Below, piece after piece: positions 47,453 to 60,521 of a stretch of 64,000 bases of DNA; the stretch's first letter is position 1; the number at the start of each line of letters is the position of its first letter. The stretch lies in contig NW_003314337.1 of assembly GCF_000143415.4 (NCBI RefSeq), positions 386,061 through 450,060 on the forward strand. The letters are read 5' to 3'. Made by a program: the position numbers and the translations under genes. This DNA is from Selaginella moellendorffii (lineage: Eukaryota; Plantae; Lycopodiophyta). The notes beneath the pieces were generated by a model. It saw nothing but the letters and a program-made list of their open reading frames with translations, ran no database searches and was not told where the DNA came from.

Positions 47453-50404
47453 ATGGATCTGCTCGAGGCGCTGGAGCGATCCGAGGTATGATCCACATTT
47501 CTTCCAGCTCGCGTTTTGATCTGGCGCCACAGATCGTGGAGGAGCGGATTGCGCTGTTCAAGCTGCTTGAAACAAGCGGCATTTCTTCCGATTATGCTCG
47601 ATCCGTCGCCATCGCTCTTTTTGTAAGTTATTTATTCGCTTAGTTTGCAGTCTAATTCTTTTCAATATTCTCCAGAAATCTTGGAAGATGTCTCGAAGTC
47701 AAGAACTCGAGTATCGTCTAGAAATCCTTGCTACTGCTTCGTCACAGATTTCTGCAAATGAGAACAATGGAGCACTGCTCGTGAAGTATGGTGAAATCGC
47801 CAGTGAGGTAAGCATCCCAGTTCATTTTTCTTCTTGTTCCTATTTTTCTTGTCAGGCTTGCGCATGGTTTGCTGATGATTCATGTGCCGAAACGGTGAGA
47901 CTAGATTTCTACCTAGCTTGGACGTCTCGTCTCGCTTATTCTATTTTACTTTTTCCTTGCAGGCGCAGTTGCCGCTTCTAAGGTTGATCTCGGCTCTTTT
48001 CTCCCAGTCCGATCTTCTATTGTGCGAACCCGATATCACGTTTAAGGCGCTCTTAGAAAACTACTTGCGCTTCGTCAAAGCGGCGTCTTTATCCGAGGTA
48101 ATGTTTTTCATGCTCTCGGGTTTTGAGTTCCTTTCTTTTTATCACCTAGGCGTTCCGAGATGCTTCAAAGGAGATTCAATTGGCACACTCTACGTCTCTG
48201 AAGCTGATGACAGATACTGTGCTGAAGAAGCTTACGACCGCTCGCTTCAGCAGTGGCATGCACGAGATTTATGCTTGCGTGCTGCAAGCTTTGGTTGAGA
48301 TTGGGGCGAAAGCGGCAGCCCCCGGCTTGGTGAGCGTATCATGGAGGGTTGCAGCACGACTTCTCGAAATGGAAGCGTTTCACGATGTTGCAGCCAGAAG
48401 CGTTAGTATTTCCAACATTATATCCACACTTTTGTCGCTGGCATCAGAATGGCTCACACTGGCTCTCAGGCCTACGCAGTCTCTACTTGACGACACCTCT
48501 GGCAACCTGAAAAGTCAGCACCTCGTTATGGTGAAGTTTTACGTCGTCCATGCTCTTCGTATTTCTCGTGCTTATCTCTCGGAAGCAGTGTTGGTGCAGA
48601 AAGCGATTGTGGGGTTCTCCATAAACATCTCAGCGTTACTCCTGGTTCTGGAAAATGGCCAGTTTCTGGAGACCATATCGAATGATATCTCTGTGCAAGT
48701 TGCTCCGCCATCGCTCGCTTTTCTTCACACGCTTCTCAGCTCCGAGAAAATCCAGGTTCACTCAAAAAGAGAGCTTATCGAGTATCTCACGAACGGAGAC
48801 GTTCAGCTGGAAGACATGGTGGTGAATGTCCTTGGCGAAGCTGCTAGTTGCCAGAGATACTCGTCGGCGGCACAGGTTGTTGTTTTTATCCAACTGTTGC
48901 AACTATCCAGGGAATTTCAAGCGGACGTTCTATTTCAACTCTCAAGAAAGCTCGACTGGTTGCTGGAAAGGCTGTCAGAAATGCCTCTTCATGCAATGCT
49001 ACTCCAGCAGAGGGCCCTGGTATCGATCGACGCCAAGCCAGGAATGCAACTGCTTTATCTGTCGGTCTTGCAAGCTTTGGAAGCATTTGTATTAGCTGCT
49101 GCTTCAAAAGTGGAGGTATGGGAGGAGGTGGAACGCTTCATTTTCGGGAACGCAATTCACAGGTTTTCGATTTGCCGAGAGTTGCTGCTAGATCTTTGGA
49201 GCTTTATTTTTAAAGTCGGAAACGAGAAGCTCTGTCAGGCTCACCTGGAGGCTCTACTCTCACTATATCGGTATTTGTCGTCTTCAAGCTACGGAGACAT
49301 GCATTCCGAAATTCTTCAAGACTTCGCCAGACTCATTTGCCGGTTGGCAAAGTTTGCGCCGGGTTCGGTACGAGCCAGGCTGACGTCTTCAGTTTTCAAG
49401 AGAGATGTCTTCACAGCGAAGTCCTCCGCAGTGATTGCTTCACTCCTTCTACGACGAGGTTTCGCTATTCCGAAAAATATTGCGCTGGAACAAGTGCGTG
49501 CTGCTTTGGACGTCATTTCTTCCAATTCTTTCCCCACAAAAGAGGAGGCTCTTTCAATCCTGCTCGACTTGTCGTCTGAGAGGTAAAAAGCTCTTACTTT
49601 TTCTGATGGCGTACTAACACAAGCTTTCTCAGCCATACTTTCCAACGTGACGTTTCAAACAAAATCTCAAAACTGTTACTCAGCATCATAGACAAAGCAG
49701 CGGTTGGAAGTCCACTCTTGAGCAAAGCAGTACTCGGTTTGGCGAGGTTGAAGGCGGTGTTCAGTGATGCGGATATTGAGAAGGCTGTGATTACGTTAAA
49801 CAACAAGCTATCATCGCATCACGAGCAGCTCGAAGACAGACCGGAGTTGAAGATTCATCTCCCAGAGCTTTTGACAAGCTTGGCCGACTTTACCTTCCAG
49901 GAAGAGGAGCCGGACTCTCAAATCCAGGCCATCTGGAAGCTTTATCATCTGGCTCTGGCGGAGAAACACTGGGCTCTGGTTCACGCCGGCCTCACATCAT
50001 TCAGCGAGTTTGCTGCGACAACCTCATGCAACGATCTCTGGAGGTTTCTTCCAGCCGACGCTGCTCTATCATTCGACTCCTCCGGGGACACGGTCATGGA
50101 GGACGGCTTCATGGCAGCAGTCCGCTTGTTCCTCGAGAAAGCCACGAACAGAACAACGCTGAGCATGAGTGACGGCGATCTCGAGCTCCTCAGAGAAGAG
50201 TGCGAGTCACAGAGAGCCTCGCAAGACAAGCTTCTTAGACAAACTGGCACAGCCAAACAGGAACAGGGGAACGAAGCCACTGCTGCCGTGACGAAGATAC
50301 GAGAAGGAATAGCTTTGCTGCGAGAAGCTCCCCGCCAAAAGGAAATACTACACAAGCTGATCGCGGAGCTTCAAAGCTTACAGGACGTTCCTGGAACTCT
50401 ATAA
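47453..50404 (+). CDS. FLIP: FIGL1-interacting protein FLIP / FIRRM (C1orf112, DUF4487)-like; multi-exon
   Basis: C-terminal IWKLYHLALAEKHWALVHAGLTSFSEFAATTSCNDLWRFLPADAALSFD..FMAAVRLFLEK matches my recollection of the plant FLIP family; large alpha-helical protein. Confidence 0.78.
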
Positions 50405-50599
50405 ACTCGAGGTAGAGTATGAGTTTATCGTTCTCGGTCTAACTCCATTCTTCTCACAGGAGAACGCGATGATCTCGACGATGATCTTAATCTCACTTCG
50501 ACTACAGAGGAAAGATCTGGAATGTTAGAACAATCGACTACACTGGTAGATTGTCCATTTCATCTTTGAAAACTAGAGAATTGAGCGTGCTTGTGAACA

Positions 50600-51175
50600 T
50601 TACGTAGTGTTGCGGCGGGAGCTAATCCGAGAACTCCGTCTGGGTGGTGGCGACGAGCTCTCACCATTCTTTGGACTGCTGGAAGAAGTATTTGCACGAA
50701 GATCGCCTTCGCCACTCTCGTTCTCGGGGCTAGAGCTCGGAGGATCCGGGACACCAGCCTCGTCGGCGGCAGCGACTTGACTCTTCTTCCTGAGCTTCCT
50801 TCTCGACTTTCGACCACTTCCTCGAGCATCATTGGCGGGACTTGGCAAAGGAACTTCTTCTTCTCGACCACCATCATCGACTACTCCCTTCCTCTTTTTC
50901 TTCTCGTTGCTGGAGCTGGGCGCCGGCGATTTGGCCCCCTCGTCCTCCTCAGATCGAAGCTTGCTAATCCGGCCCTCGATCTTGCCCTGCATTCTCGTGC
51001 GCTTGGAAGAGAGGCCGCCCATGGACCAGTGCGCGTCCTTGGCCCACTGGAGTAGGGCCTCGTTTACCGGCGGAGGAGGATCTACGCGCTCCGTGTTGAG
51101 ATACGTACCATAGTAGATGTGAGGCCGCGGCAATGCGTCGCCATAGAATCGCGCTGGCTTGAGCGTCGCCACCAT
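50600..51175 (-). CDS. Conserved plant protein of unknown function (N-terminal FYG-LPRP..VDPP..W..EAHWSMGGL motif; charged disordered tail); intronless
   Basis: MVATLKPARFYGDALPRPHIY...RVDPPPPVNEALLQWAKDAHWSMGGLSSKRTRMQGKIEG, with NLS-like KKKRK. Confidence 0.8.
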   Translation of the reverse strand: MVATLKPARFYGDALPRPHIYYGTYLNTERVDPPPPVNEALLQWAKDAHWSMGGLSSKRTRMQGKIEGRISKLRSEEDEGAKSPAPSSSNEKKKRKGVVDDGGREEEVPLPSPANDARGSGRKSRRKLRKKSQVAAADEAGVPDPPSSSPENESGEGDLRANTSSSSPKNGESSSPPPRRSSRISSRRNTT

Positions 51176-54100
51176 CGTCCTCTCTATCTAGATCTAGCCC
51201 AAGAAGAGCAAAGCCCTTTCCCTCGCTCGACCCAGGGAGGAATTTAAGCGCCAAATCCTTCGCGGGCTTTTTCAAATTTCGCGCTACAGTAAAGACTTTG
51301 GCACTCAGCAGGCAAGCCTTCGAGAGAAAATTTGGACAACTCCGAAGCCATGGCTACCAAGGCCAATGTTGAGTGTTCACGTTAGACAAGGGGATAAGGC
51401 TTTAGAGATGAAAATATTTGACTTTAAATCATACATGGAGCTGGCTCAAAAAATCCAAACTAACTGCAAGAAATATGGCTAAATTATTTGACACCTCCAA
51501 TTTTCATCTAAAAGAATTTTTGTTATGGTTGATAATAGTTTATAAGTGGATCTAATGAATAAATAACTATATAATAAAGAATATGATCTACAAATCCAAC
51601 TTTCAAATATTGTTGGGTGGGTTCATATAAACCATGTCTATTCAATAGTTAACTTAGCACAAATACTCATGTGGGATGTATAAAATAAGACTATGAATTT
51701 TTACTAGATTCTTAATTAGCTCGTTTTCCATTATTTTGTCATATGTTCTTAATATCTTGTTACAAAACTATATTTTATTACTATTTTAAAATATCATTTT
51801 AAGGTCTTGGAAGTACTTTTACATGAACTTGAACTTGAATGTATATCATATATATCTAATATATATTTAAATACATGATTTACAGTATTTTCCATCAAAA
51901 GGTATTGGTAAGAAAGTTGAAGAACTTGAAGAAATATTTGAACTTTTAAAATAGAAACACTCCTTTAAAATTGTATGATACTGTTTTTTTCATAATCTGA
52001 TGGATAATATTCATTGGTGATTTTAAATATATAAAAACTAGTCTTTCCATATATTCTTTTATTTGTTGGTTTTATTTTTACTTTTATTTAGCCTATTCTC
52101 TTCTAATCTAAATGATAAGGAAAGTTTGTGACTTATATATACAGCAATACCTTGAACTTTAGTTTTTAGGGATACAATTCCGAAGACTCAATATTTAATA
52201 TGATTACGCTACAACCAATCCATACAAAGGATAAACTCAAAAAGTTTATTTGATCACATACATAACTAAATCTATTTCATCCCACGCATATAAGTGGGAG
52301 AGATGATATCTTGTAATGTTGTGCTCTTAATGTAATTTGTTTGCTCTATATGAAGTAAGAGGCTTTGTCTGGAAGCAAATACTAAACCTATGTAATATAC
52401 TCAAATGACTTTTGATGGAGACTATGAAATTGTTAAAAGGCATCATCACAATCATTAGCATTTCCAATATGCACTTTGAAGATATTCAGAAAAACGCTCT
52501 AATATGTATAGATAACTATACTCAAACCATTATATCATTGCAATGCTATCCTGTGAAGATAAATGGGAAATTTGCATAAATATCAAGCATCATCTACATG
52601 ATAAATGGCAATCATTATAAAGTGATAAAATTGATTGTATACATCATCCCAAATTTTCCTAGCTGCTAAACTTAAACTTCCTAAAAGATCATCTAATCTA
52701 GTATTATTCAATGTTTAATATCAAATATCCCAAAATCCTTATTCACGAGTTCTTTCTCTTATATATGAACCTTAATGAAATATTTTTCAAGTTGTTTTCT
52801 ATAGTTTCTTATAATCCATCATTTTTCTTTACAAGTTCACACATTCATAAATACAAGTTGAGAACCCTAACTCTTTCAAGAGCCCTACTCTTGATTTGAT
52901 TCTTTCAACCAACTAATAGAGTCAAATTTGAAACCTCTTTAATATTAAATATAAAACTTTTAAATTTGGAAAACCAACCAACTTAATATTATTTAAATTT
53001 AAGAATGTTTAACCCCAAATATCCCAAAAAATTTAATTGTTTGAAAAATATATTATTCATTGGCCCTTTCACTTTAATTTCTCAAATCATTATTTTTAGT
53101 TGTTAATAAGGAAAAAGAGACTATTATAAAGAAAAATTATATTATTCTACTATAAAAATTAATGAAAAGAAGAGGAAAATCAAAAGAATTAGAAAAGCTA
53201 CATGAATAAGAAAGATTTAGATGATAACTATGACATAATCAAGAACCAAATCCATATAACACTTTTAAACACTTATTATCAATCCAATTATAACCACTCA
53301 TATAAATGCAAAAGCCATATATGTTAATTATCAATACCAAGAATGGCTTATAGTGAGTTACTCTCTGAGCTTTCATTGACTCTTCCAGATTTCAAGGAAG
53401 TGTGACTTTAATGCTTCCCCTTCTATCTTATATTTTTTATAGTTTTTCCATTCCTCTCACTTTTTATTTTTGATGTTAGTTTTGGGGGCTTATTAATGTA
53501 AAATAGCATTTCTGGCCAATGCATAATTTAGTACTATTTAAACTCAAAGACACTTAATCCCAAATATCTCAAGATTGTTAACTTATTGAAAAATAAAATG
53601 CACTTTTGTTCATGGGATTTTTATATTTGAAGATTATCTTCCAAGTCATTTTTTTTGGTTGCTTACAGCAATTTAGAGTTTTGAGAAGTTTTATATGTAT
53701 TTATATAGTTCTTGGATGCTATCAGAGGCCATATTGCAATCACTTAATCTTTTAAGCAAAATAATTTAATGGCCATATTACTTAGTAAGTCTTCAAGCTT
53801 CAAATTTACAACTTCAAGGTTGTTCATCACCCTAAATGTTCAATAGTTAATATTGATGCTTTATCTCCCTCTTCTTTTGTTCTAAAGGAGTTTATTATTT
53901 CAATATTAATGGATTTTCTAAATAAAGATTTTATAATATTGTTATGCTCAATATTTAATATCCTAGAGTTGGATTTGCCTTTTCCAAATGATGTTCATGA
54001 GGATTAAAGAGTTGAGTTATGGATCTAAAAGCTTTATGATAGTTTTGAAAATTCTACTAATGACTTATTAGGGCACTTTGGCTGCCCAAGGGGCTGAGGT

Positions 54101-54284
54101 TATTTAAATAACCTCAGCATTTATATTCTAAATATTTTTTTATTTTATAGAAATTGATTTGAATGATTATTTATTGCTAGTGGTGCCTTTAGTTTTCATT
54201 TAACACCTCCTCCATATTTATAATGACTCTCCTATTTTATATGGGAGTTTATCTCCACAAATGCTACAAGATGTTGTGATTATG

Positions 54285-55190
54285 AGATGAGATTTAGATA
54301 TATTGTCACCATGAATCCTTAGAACCTTGGGGGTTAAATGGGGATAAAATAACCATTAAAAGCTCTTTTATCAAGCAATTGCCCCTTTTTCAATTACATG
54401 TAGTATCAAAGAAAATAGCACAAATTCAATTCTCATTAATTAATGGCTACTTAAAATATAATATACCCTTGAACAAGATATATTCCTACCTCTAAAAATT
54501 AAAAATATGTTAAGCATCTATGAGTTTTGTCTTGTAGGGCATTTATAGACGAAAATATCCACCATTGGACTATAGTACAGGTGGATGATTAATTATCTCA
54601 TATAGAATAGCTAATTTACATAATGAAAATATTGATAAATTCAATACTAGGACTATAATAGGGATGACTGACTAATTGCCTCATGGAATAACTAATTTAC
54701 ATAATGGAAGGATTAGTAAATTCAATGCTAGAACTGTAGTATAGGTGAATAACTAATTAGCTCACATGTAATAACTAATTTATATAATGAAAGGATTGGT
54801 AGATTTAATAAATTGGCTTAGTATGGGTTATTAATCAATAGTCAATGAAAACATTAACATCTTTGGGGGGGGCGGGAGTGAGTGTAATATAAATGGTTAT
54901 GAGATTTGGATATATTGTCATTGTGGATCCTTTAAATTTTAAGAGATAAATAGGGATAAAATAGCCATTAAAGACTCTTTTATTAAGCAATTCTCCTTTT
55001 TTAGTTGGCTTAATAGGGGAGAGATAAGGTGTGTTACATGCCAAATGTAACGTATGTAATCAAGGGATAAAATTTAGATATATTATTATTGTGGATCCTT
55101 AGAATTTTAGGGGATAAATGGGGATAAAATAACCACTAAATACTCTTTTATTAAGAAATTACTTCTTTTTCAATTGACTTAAGGGGAGAG
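54285..55190. repeat. Two interleaved degenerate repeat families (~110-bp x3 and ~85-bp x3)
   Basis: GATTT(A/G)GATATATT..ATCCTT..GGGATAAAATA..CCA(T/C)TAAA at about 54290, 54900 and 55070; AACTAATTTACATAATG-type units at about 54610, 54690 and 54772. Confidence 0.65.
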
Positions 55191-55920
55191 ACATAGAGTA
55201 TGATATAGTTGATAATAAACTCTAGAATCAATATTTGACTCTAGCTAAACACTAAGGCCATATAAAAGTGAGACAATTATGATATTACAACTTTCATTAT
55301 TATTCACCTATAAAGTACAAAATTGATGATCTAGTATTAGTTTATTTCCCAATTTTACAATACATAATTTGTCCAAAAGGCTTCTTGCTCAGTAAAAGAG
55401 ACTATATCAAGTGTTGTAACAAGTTGGGCCTCAAGTTTATAAGGTTTTAAAGCATAATGCTCAACATTCCAATCCTCATGAATTATGAATGTGCAATACT
55501 TTATATAAAGATATAAATTTACCATGTGTGGATTCACCTCTAAATCCCAACTCATCCATTAAAGAACAAAGAGGAGATTATGTGATTATAAATTTTTAAA
55601 TTTGGATAATTGGTTAAGGATTTTGGGATACCATCAAATATCAATCTCAACATATAGTGTGATTTCCTTAGCCAACTAATAGAGTCCAATTTGAGATCTA
55701 CCAAATGTAAGCTTTTAAATTTAAACTTCTGTAAAGGTCATTTAGCCCAATAATACTCAAACCCAATGATATTTAACTCTATATATCCTAAAACTCTTAA
55801 TTAATTGAAAAAGGGGGTGCATTTTTGTTCATGAGTCTATATTTAAAACTATATAAATTGTCTCTCGAGTCATTCTCTTTAATTACATATAGTGAGTTCC
55901 AAGTATATAATTATAATATT

Positions 55921-56160
55921 ATATACTATAGTGGGATTTTAGATGTTATTGAATTAGTTTTAATTTGGACCACTTGCTCTTATATATAAGTTAAATTTTT
56001 TGATGAATTGAATATGCACATTTTTATATTTCCTATTCTGAATGCATGGAATATGGAAAGGGAGTACAAAAAATGTGTATATCAATTAACCCAAAACCCT
56101 AGCTTATATATAGAAGTGATCTGACAGCCATCAAAATCCTAATATGCTAATACTAGTATA
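55921..56160. repeat. Imperfect ~240-bp inverted repeat (fold-back / MITE-like)
   Basis: Arm pairs GGGATTTTAGATG/CATCAAAATCCT, CTTATATATAAGTT/AGCTTATATATAG, AATTGAATATGCACATTTTT/AAAAATGTGTATATCAATT and TTTCCTATTC/GAATATGGAAA around a short loop near 56045. Confidence 0.7.
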
Positions 56161-56198
56161 TGGCATTATAGCCATACACTTACACTTCACATCATCCT

Positions 56199-56380
56199 CT
56201 CCTCTCGGAATAATGAAAGATCATTAGAATTCTCTTATAGATGGGTTAAGATTTAAACCCCTCCTCTCGGAATAATGAAAGATCATTAGAGTTCTCTTAT
56301 AGATGGGTTAAGATCTAAACCCCTCCTTTCGGAATAATGAAAGATCATTAGAGTTCTCTTATAGATGGGTTAAGATCTAA
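56199..56380. repeat. 3 x 62-bp near-perfect tandem repeat
   Basis: CCTCTCGGAATAATGAAAGATCATTAGA..TCTCTTATAGATGGGTTAAGAT at 56201, 56263 and 56325. Confidence 0.92.
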
Positions 56381-57267
56381 AGGAACATTAGGAGGAAATA
56401 TCAGTGGATTTATAAATGGTATTAATTGTTCTTGATCCCTTTGTATGAAGTGTTTTAATTGCTACACATGCATAATTTCTGGAGGATCAGCCTACTAGAC
56501 GTCATGCCAAACTTCATAAACTTTCCACTTTGTACTCTGCAAGTGGACGACGATGGGAGTTATAATGTCATTATTGTCTCCCTTGTATACAGCCTAGATA
56601 TTTGGCAAACTCTGCTCAAACAAGTGGAAATTCCACTTGTCTATGAATTTACCTATATCAAATATTCATTTAGGTACAATAATATATACTCTAATAAAAT
56701 AAGTTTAGTTTTTTAATAGTCATATAAATTTATTTCATTTTGAAATATAGTAATCATAAGTTCTAATAAATAAATATAAAATGATATAACCTTCTTGTCA
56801 ATGATAATAAAGACAATCATGTGTTTGTCATTACATATATTTTGAACTATAACATTTTTAAGTTTTTAAAACGAAAGTTTATGGTTGTGAATGTGGTTTT
56901 TGGATTGCATATCATTTTAAAATATTGAACTGAATTTTGTGTATGGTTTTATTTCCCTGTTTTAAGTTTTGTTATTGTTTTCTTATGTATATTTGTATAT
57001 GACTTTCATATGATTATTTCACAAACTGTTTTATGACTCAAGCCCTATATAATTTTTCATATATTGTGTGATTAATCCTCGACTAGAGATTTCTATGATC
57101 TTCCATTTGTAAAAGCTTGTATATCTATTAATAATAATACTGGCAGTTCCTGTTGAGTGATGAACCCAAAGTTGGTGGGGCAAATTGACGGGAATCACAA
57201 CCGTTTAATGAATTTTCTGTTGGAATTTTTTCTGAGATATATACATCAGCGTGACAGCAATATGTAA

Positions 57268-57592
57268 AACATTGCACAGTACTGCAGGAGGAGTTAATCC
57301 GGGAGTGGCAACGAGCTTTATTCTTTGGACTGCTGGAAAAAGGATTTGGAGTGCTAGAGCTCGGATGGTCAGCCTTGCCGTAAAGCACATCGTTCCGCTT
57401 TCTGAGTGCTCGTGCTTGATAATCCGGCCCTCGATCTTGTGTACATGTGCACAGACCGCCCATGGACCGCGCAGAGCGCTTATAGCAAATGTGAGGCCGC
57501 GGCAATGCGTCGCCATAGAATCGCCCTGGCTCGTTGCCACCATCGCTTCTCTCTATCTAGATCTAGCCCAACTTCGCGGGCTTTTAAAAAAT
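57268..57592 (-). pseudogene. Internally deleted copy of the 50600-51175 gene and its 5' flank
   Basis: MVAT..GDSMATHCRGLT is a frameshifted RFYGDALPRPHI. TGTGAGGCCGCGGCAATGCGTCGCCATAGAATCGC and TCTCTCTATCTAGATCTAGCCCAA are shared with 51118-51203. Confidence 0.88.
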
Positions 57593-57703
57593 CTTCACGG
57601 CTCGTAAGAAAACTATGGAAATCTCTTCGTCGGGAGGAAAAAAAAGTTATACAGTGATGACCTCACAATAGCGATGGAAACTTTGGTACTCTCTTGATTT
57701 GGA

Positions 57704-59437
57704 CTAGTTGCGATGGGTTCCTTTGTTCACTCTCTTTGCCGGTGTCGAGCGCTCGGATTGAGTAGCGAGAATGGCGACTTGCATCAAAGCCGTGACGCTC
57801 ACCAGGACGCCACTGAACCACGCGATTCCAGACGCTGATTTTAGCAGGCGTGCCAGCAAACTCACCACAGCGATGGTGAGTAGCGACGCCCACATGATCA
57901 CGATCTGGAAGGGGATGAAGATGTCAAGCAAAAAACTGGAAACTTGAAAAGGTTTGCGTTACCATCAGAGGTTTATAGGATCGCGTCAGAGGGACATACA
58001 GCTCCTCGCCAAATGTGTTCTCTGCTTTGTGCTTGTCCAGCAGATCATCCTGCAAACCATCGAGCTTAGTCACCTTTCCGCGATCACAACGACATACCTT
58101 TCTGACAAATACTTCTCGACACCACTCGGTGAGCTCCTCTTCTTCAGTGGGCAGCTCGTTCATTGGTACTCTTCTCACATGCATATGGACCTGAGAAAGA
58201 GAAGTGAAACACTGAAAAGAAAAAAAGAAAAAGAAAACGGCAGGCCGAGGAAACATACCACGGAAGATTGACGATTTAGAATTCTCGTCATGGTAGGAGC
58301 AGGCTTGTATTTCGAGAGAGCGAAGGTCACGTCGTAGACTGCAGGAATGAAAGAGCGCAAATTATCCACGGCGCAAACAAATCCCTGCAAGAATTCTCAT
58401 TATTGATAAACCGGAATGCAAAGGATAGCAAACGTACTTTGGTTCGAGGAACAAGCACATTCCGTGGGACAGGCAGTCCAGCAGAGGCTGCATATTCTTG
58501 GGCGGCCTTAAGTTTCGCCTCGGTAAACCGCGTCCCTTCGACGAAGAGAGCCACCCATAAAACCCGTGGAAAGTTCTTCCACCGCTGGAAGCCGATCTGT
58601 AACAAGCAGTTCTAATTTCCACAGCACAAACTTTGAGCCTGGTACCTTTAGCGTGTTTTCGTCCTTCTCCCATTTCCTCTCCAGAAATATGTACTCGGTG
58701 AACCACATTCCCCAACCAATGACCTGGATGGAAGCAAAACAATAGAAAAAAAAGGCTAAGAATTGATTGGTGATGTCACAAACCGGTAGAAACTTGGAGG
58801 ATTTTTTCATTATTGCCCGCGTACCATCCAGGCATCCGACACGCTACCAGAAGTGGAAAGCCCTGATCAGAAGAATAAAACCACCGAAGAATCATACCCA
58901 AGTTCCACAAAAGTGGCCGTACAGATGCGAAAATCCAGCCAACAAGCCAGTCAATGTCGCTGCGATGGTTCGAGATGATCAGCGCATGCTCCTTCCCTGG
59001 TAACGAGAACCCACATCGAGCTCTAAATACAACTTTTCATCGCAGCTTGATAAAAAGCTCTTACCAAAATGCTTGCGAGTTTCCTCGTCAGCGTAAATGC
59101 GCACCTGTAAGAACGCTTAGAGCAGCAAAAAGACAAAGAGGGAGAAGCGAATTTAATGCACCTCCACACCCGCCCACCACTCCACCATCCAGACCAGCTG
59201 CGACGATGCGAGCTCAAACAGCGACATATTCACCGCCCGGAACAATCCTCTCGAGAATGGGAGCAAAACGAGCGAGCAAACCTACAACGAAATCCCCGAG
59301 ATTGAGAGAGATCGAGAGAGACAAAAATTCACAAATTCTTGCGGCTCGATTCTTACCTGGAGCAAGTTGACAACAAATCCAGAGCAGAAGAACATCAATC
59401 CCAGCGGCAGCACGCTGAGCGCCGATAGCAGCGCCAT
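57704..59437 (-). CDS. LPAT2: 1-acyl-sn-glycerol-3-phosphate acyltransferase 2 (ER-type LPAT); multi-exon
   Basis: [84 protein letters not shown]. Confidence 0.92.
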
Positions 59438-60521
59438 TGCTCCTCAGGGAATGCGCTCAGCAACTCATCCCTCCAAAACCCTCAAAATACCCTAACCCTA
59501 AAGAGCGAGGCGTGAGTGGTGGATAAAAATATAAAGAACGCCTCTCGGATTGCCCGTCCATTCAATGCCCAAGAAATCTCGTTCGTTGGCTTCGCGATTG
59601 GAGCTTCCTTCGCGGGCTTTCGAATCTTTGCTAAAAATATTCCTCGGCCAGCGAGAAAAAACAATGGCAAGCGCTCACTCATAGTCGATGGATTCTTTAA
59701 AACGTTATAGCGACTTGAGATTTCGCCACGCTATACATCTTTCCTCGATCCTCGCGATCAAACGCGGATCAAGCTTCGTCTTTTTTTCTTTTTGCGTGGG
59801 CCTGCGATACATTTTCTCGCGGACACGACACACTGCAAAACGCAATAAAAAACCAAAAAGAAAACAAAACTCGAACCTTTCAGCTGGCATCGACAAACTT
59901 TTTCTTTAATCTTTCGATCCGGAAGCTCTAAAGTCAAAGAATTTCCATCTTCTTTCTGAAAATCATGAATAGTTAGAATGAGAGAAGAAAACGAGAGAAA
60001 ACGAAGCTGTAGTTGGCTTGTGTGCTGGGCTCGCTGTGCTCAGCTCATCTCTCCCCAACTCGGTCCCACGGATGCCTGCTGGCATGACAAACCCAAGAAG
60101 AAAATGCGACCAAACAAACTAAACCAAGGATGCCACTTGCAGACTTGCATTATTGACACTGACGAGTGTACAGCCCAGCGATAAACTCGTACAAACACTT
60201 GCAACGCGAGGGGAGAAAACGAGAACATTATTTTGATAGCTAGAGCAAAACAAAGCAGCAGTGAGATCCAAAAGAATGCCGGCAAGAAGAACACGAGGAG
60301 AGAAAACGCGGAAGAAGAAAAACTATACACAAAACACTCTAAGCTGTAGAAGCAATAAAGGCTCCAAAAATGGATTCAGCGCAGAGGCGAAAACGAGAAA
60401 GAAAAAACAAAGCTAGCAAATCTCTACGAACAGCAGTGGCATGTGGTGGCAAATTAGAAAAAGCAGAGCTGTGCAGAATCGTTGTAAGCTACTGACCTCC
60501 TTTTCTTCTTTTCTCTTCTCT

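Larger units (their letters stand above)
51281..57260. mobile_element. AT-rich, CpG-poor repeat-derived block
   Basis: No long ORFs; internal dispersed and tandem repeats and a fold-back element. Confidence 0.55.
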
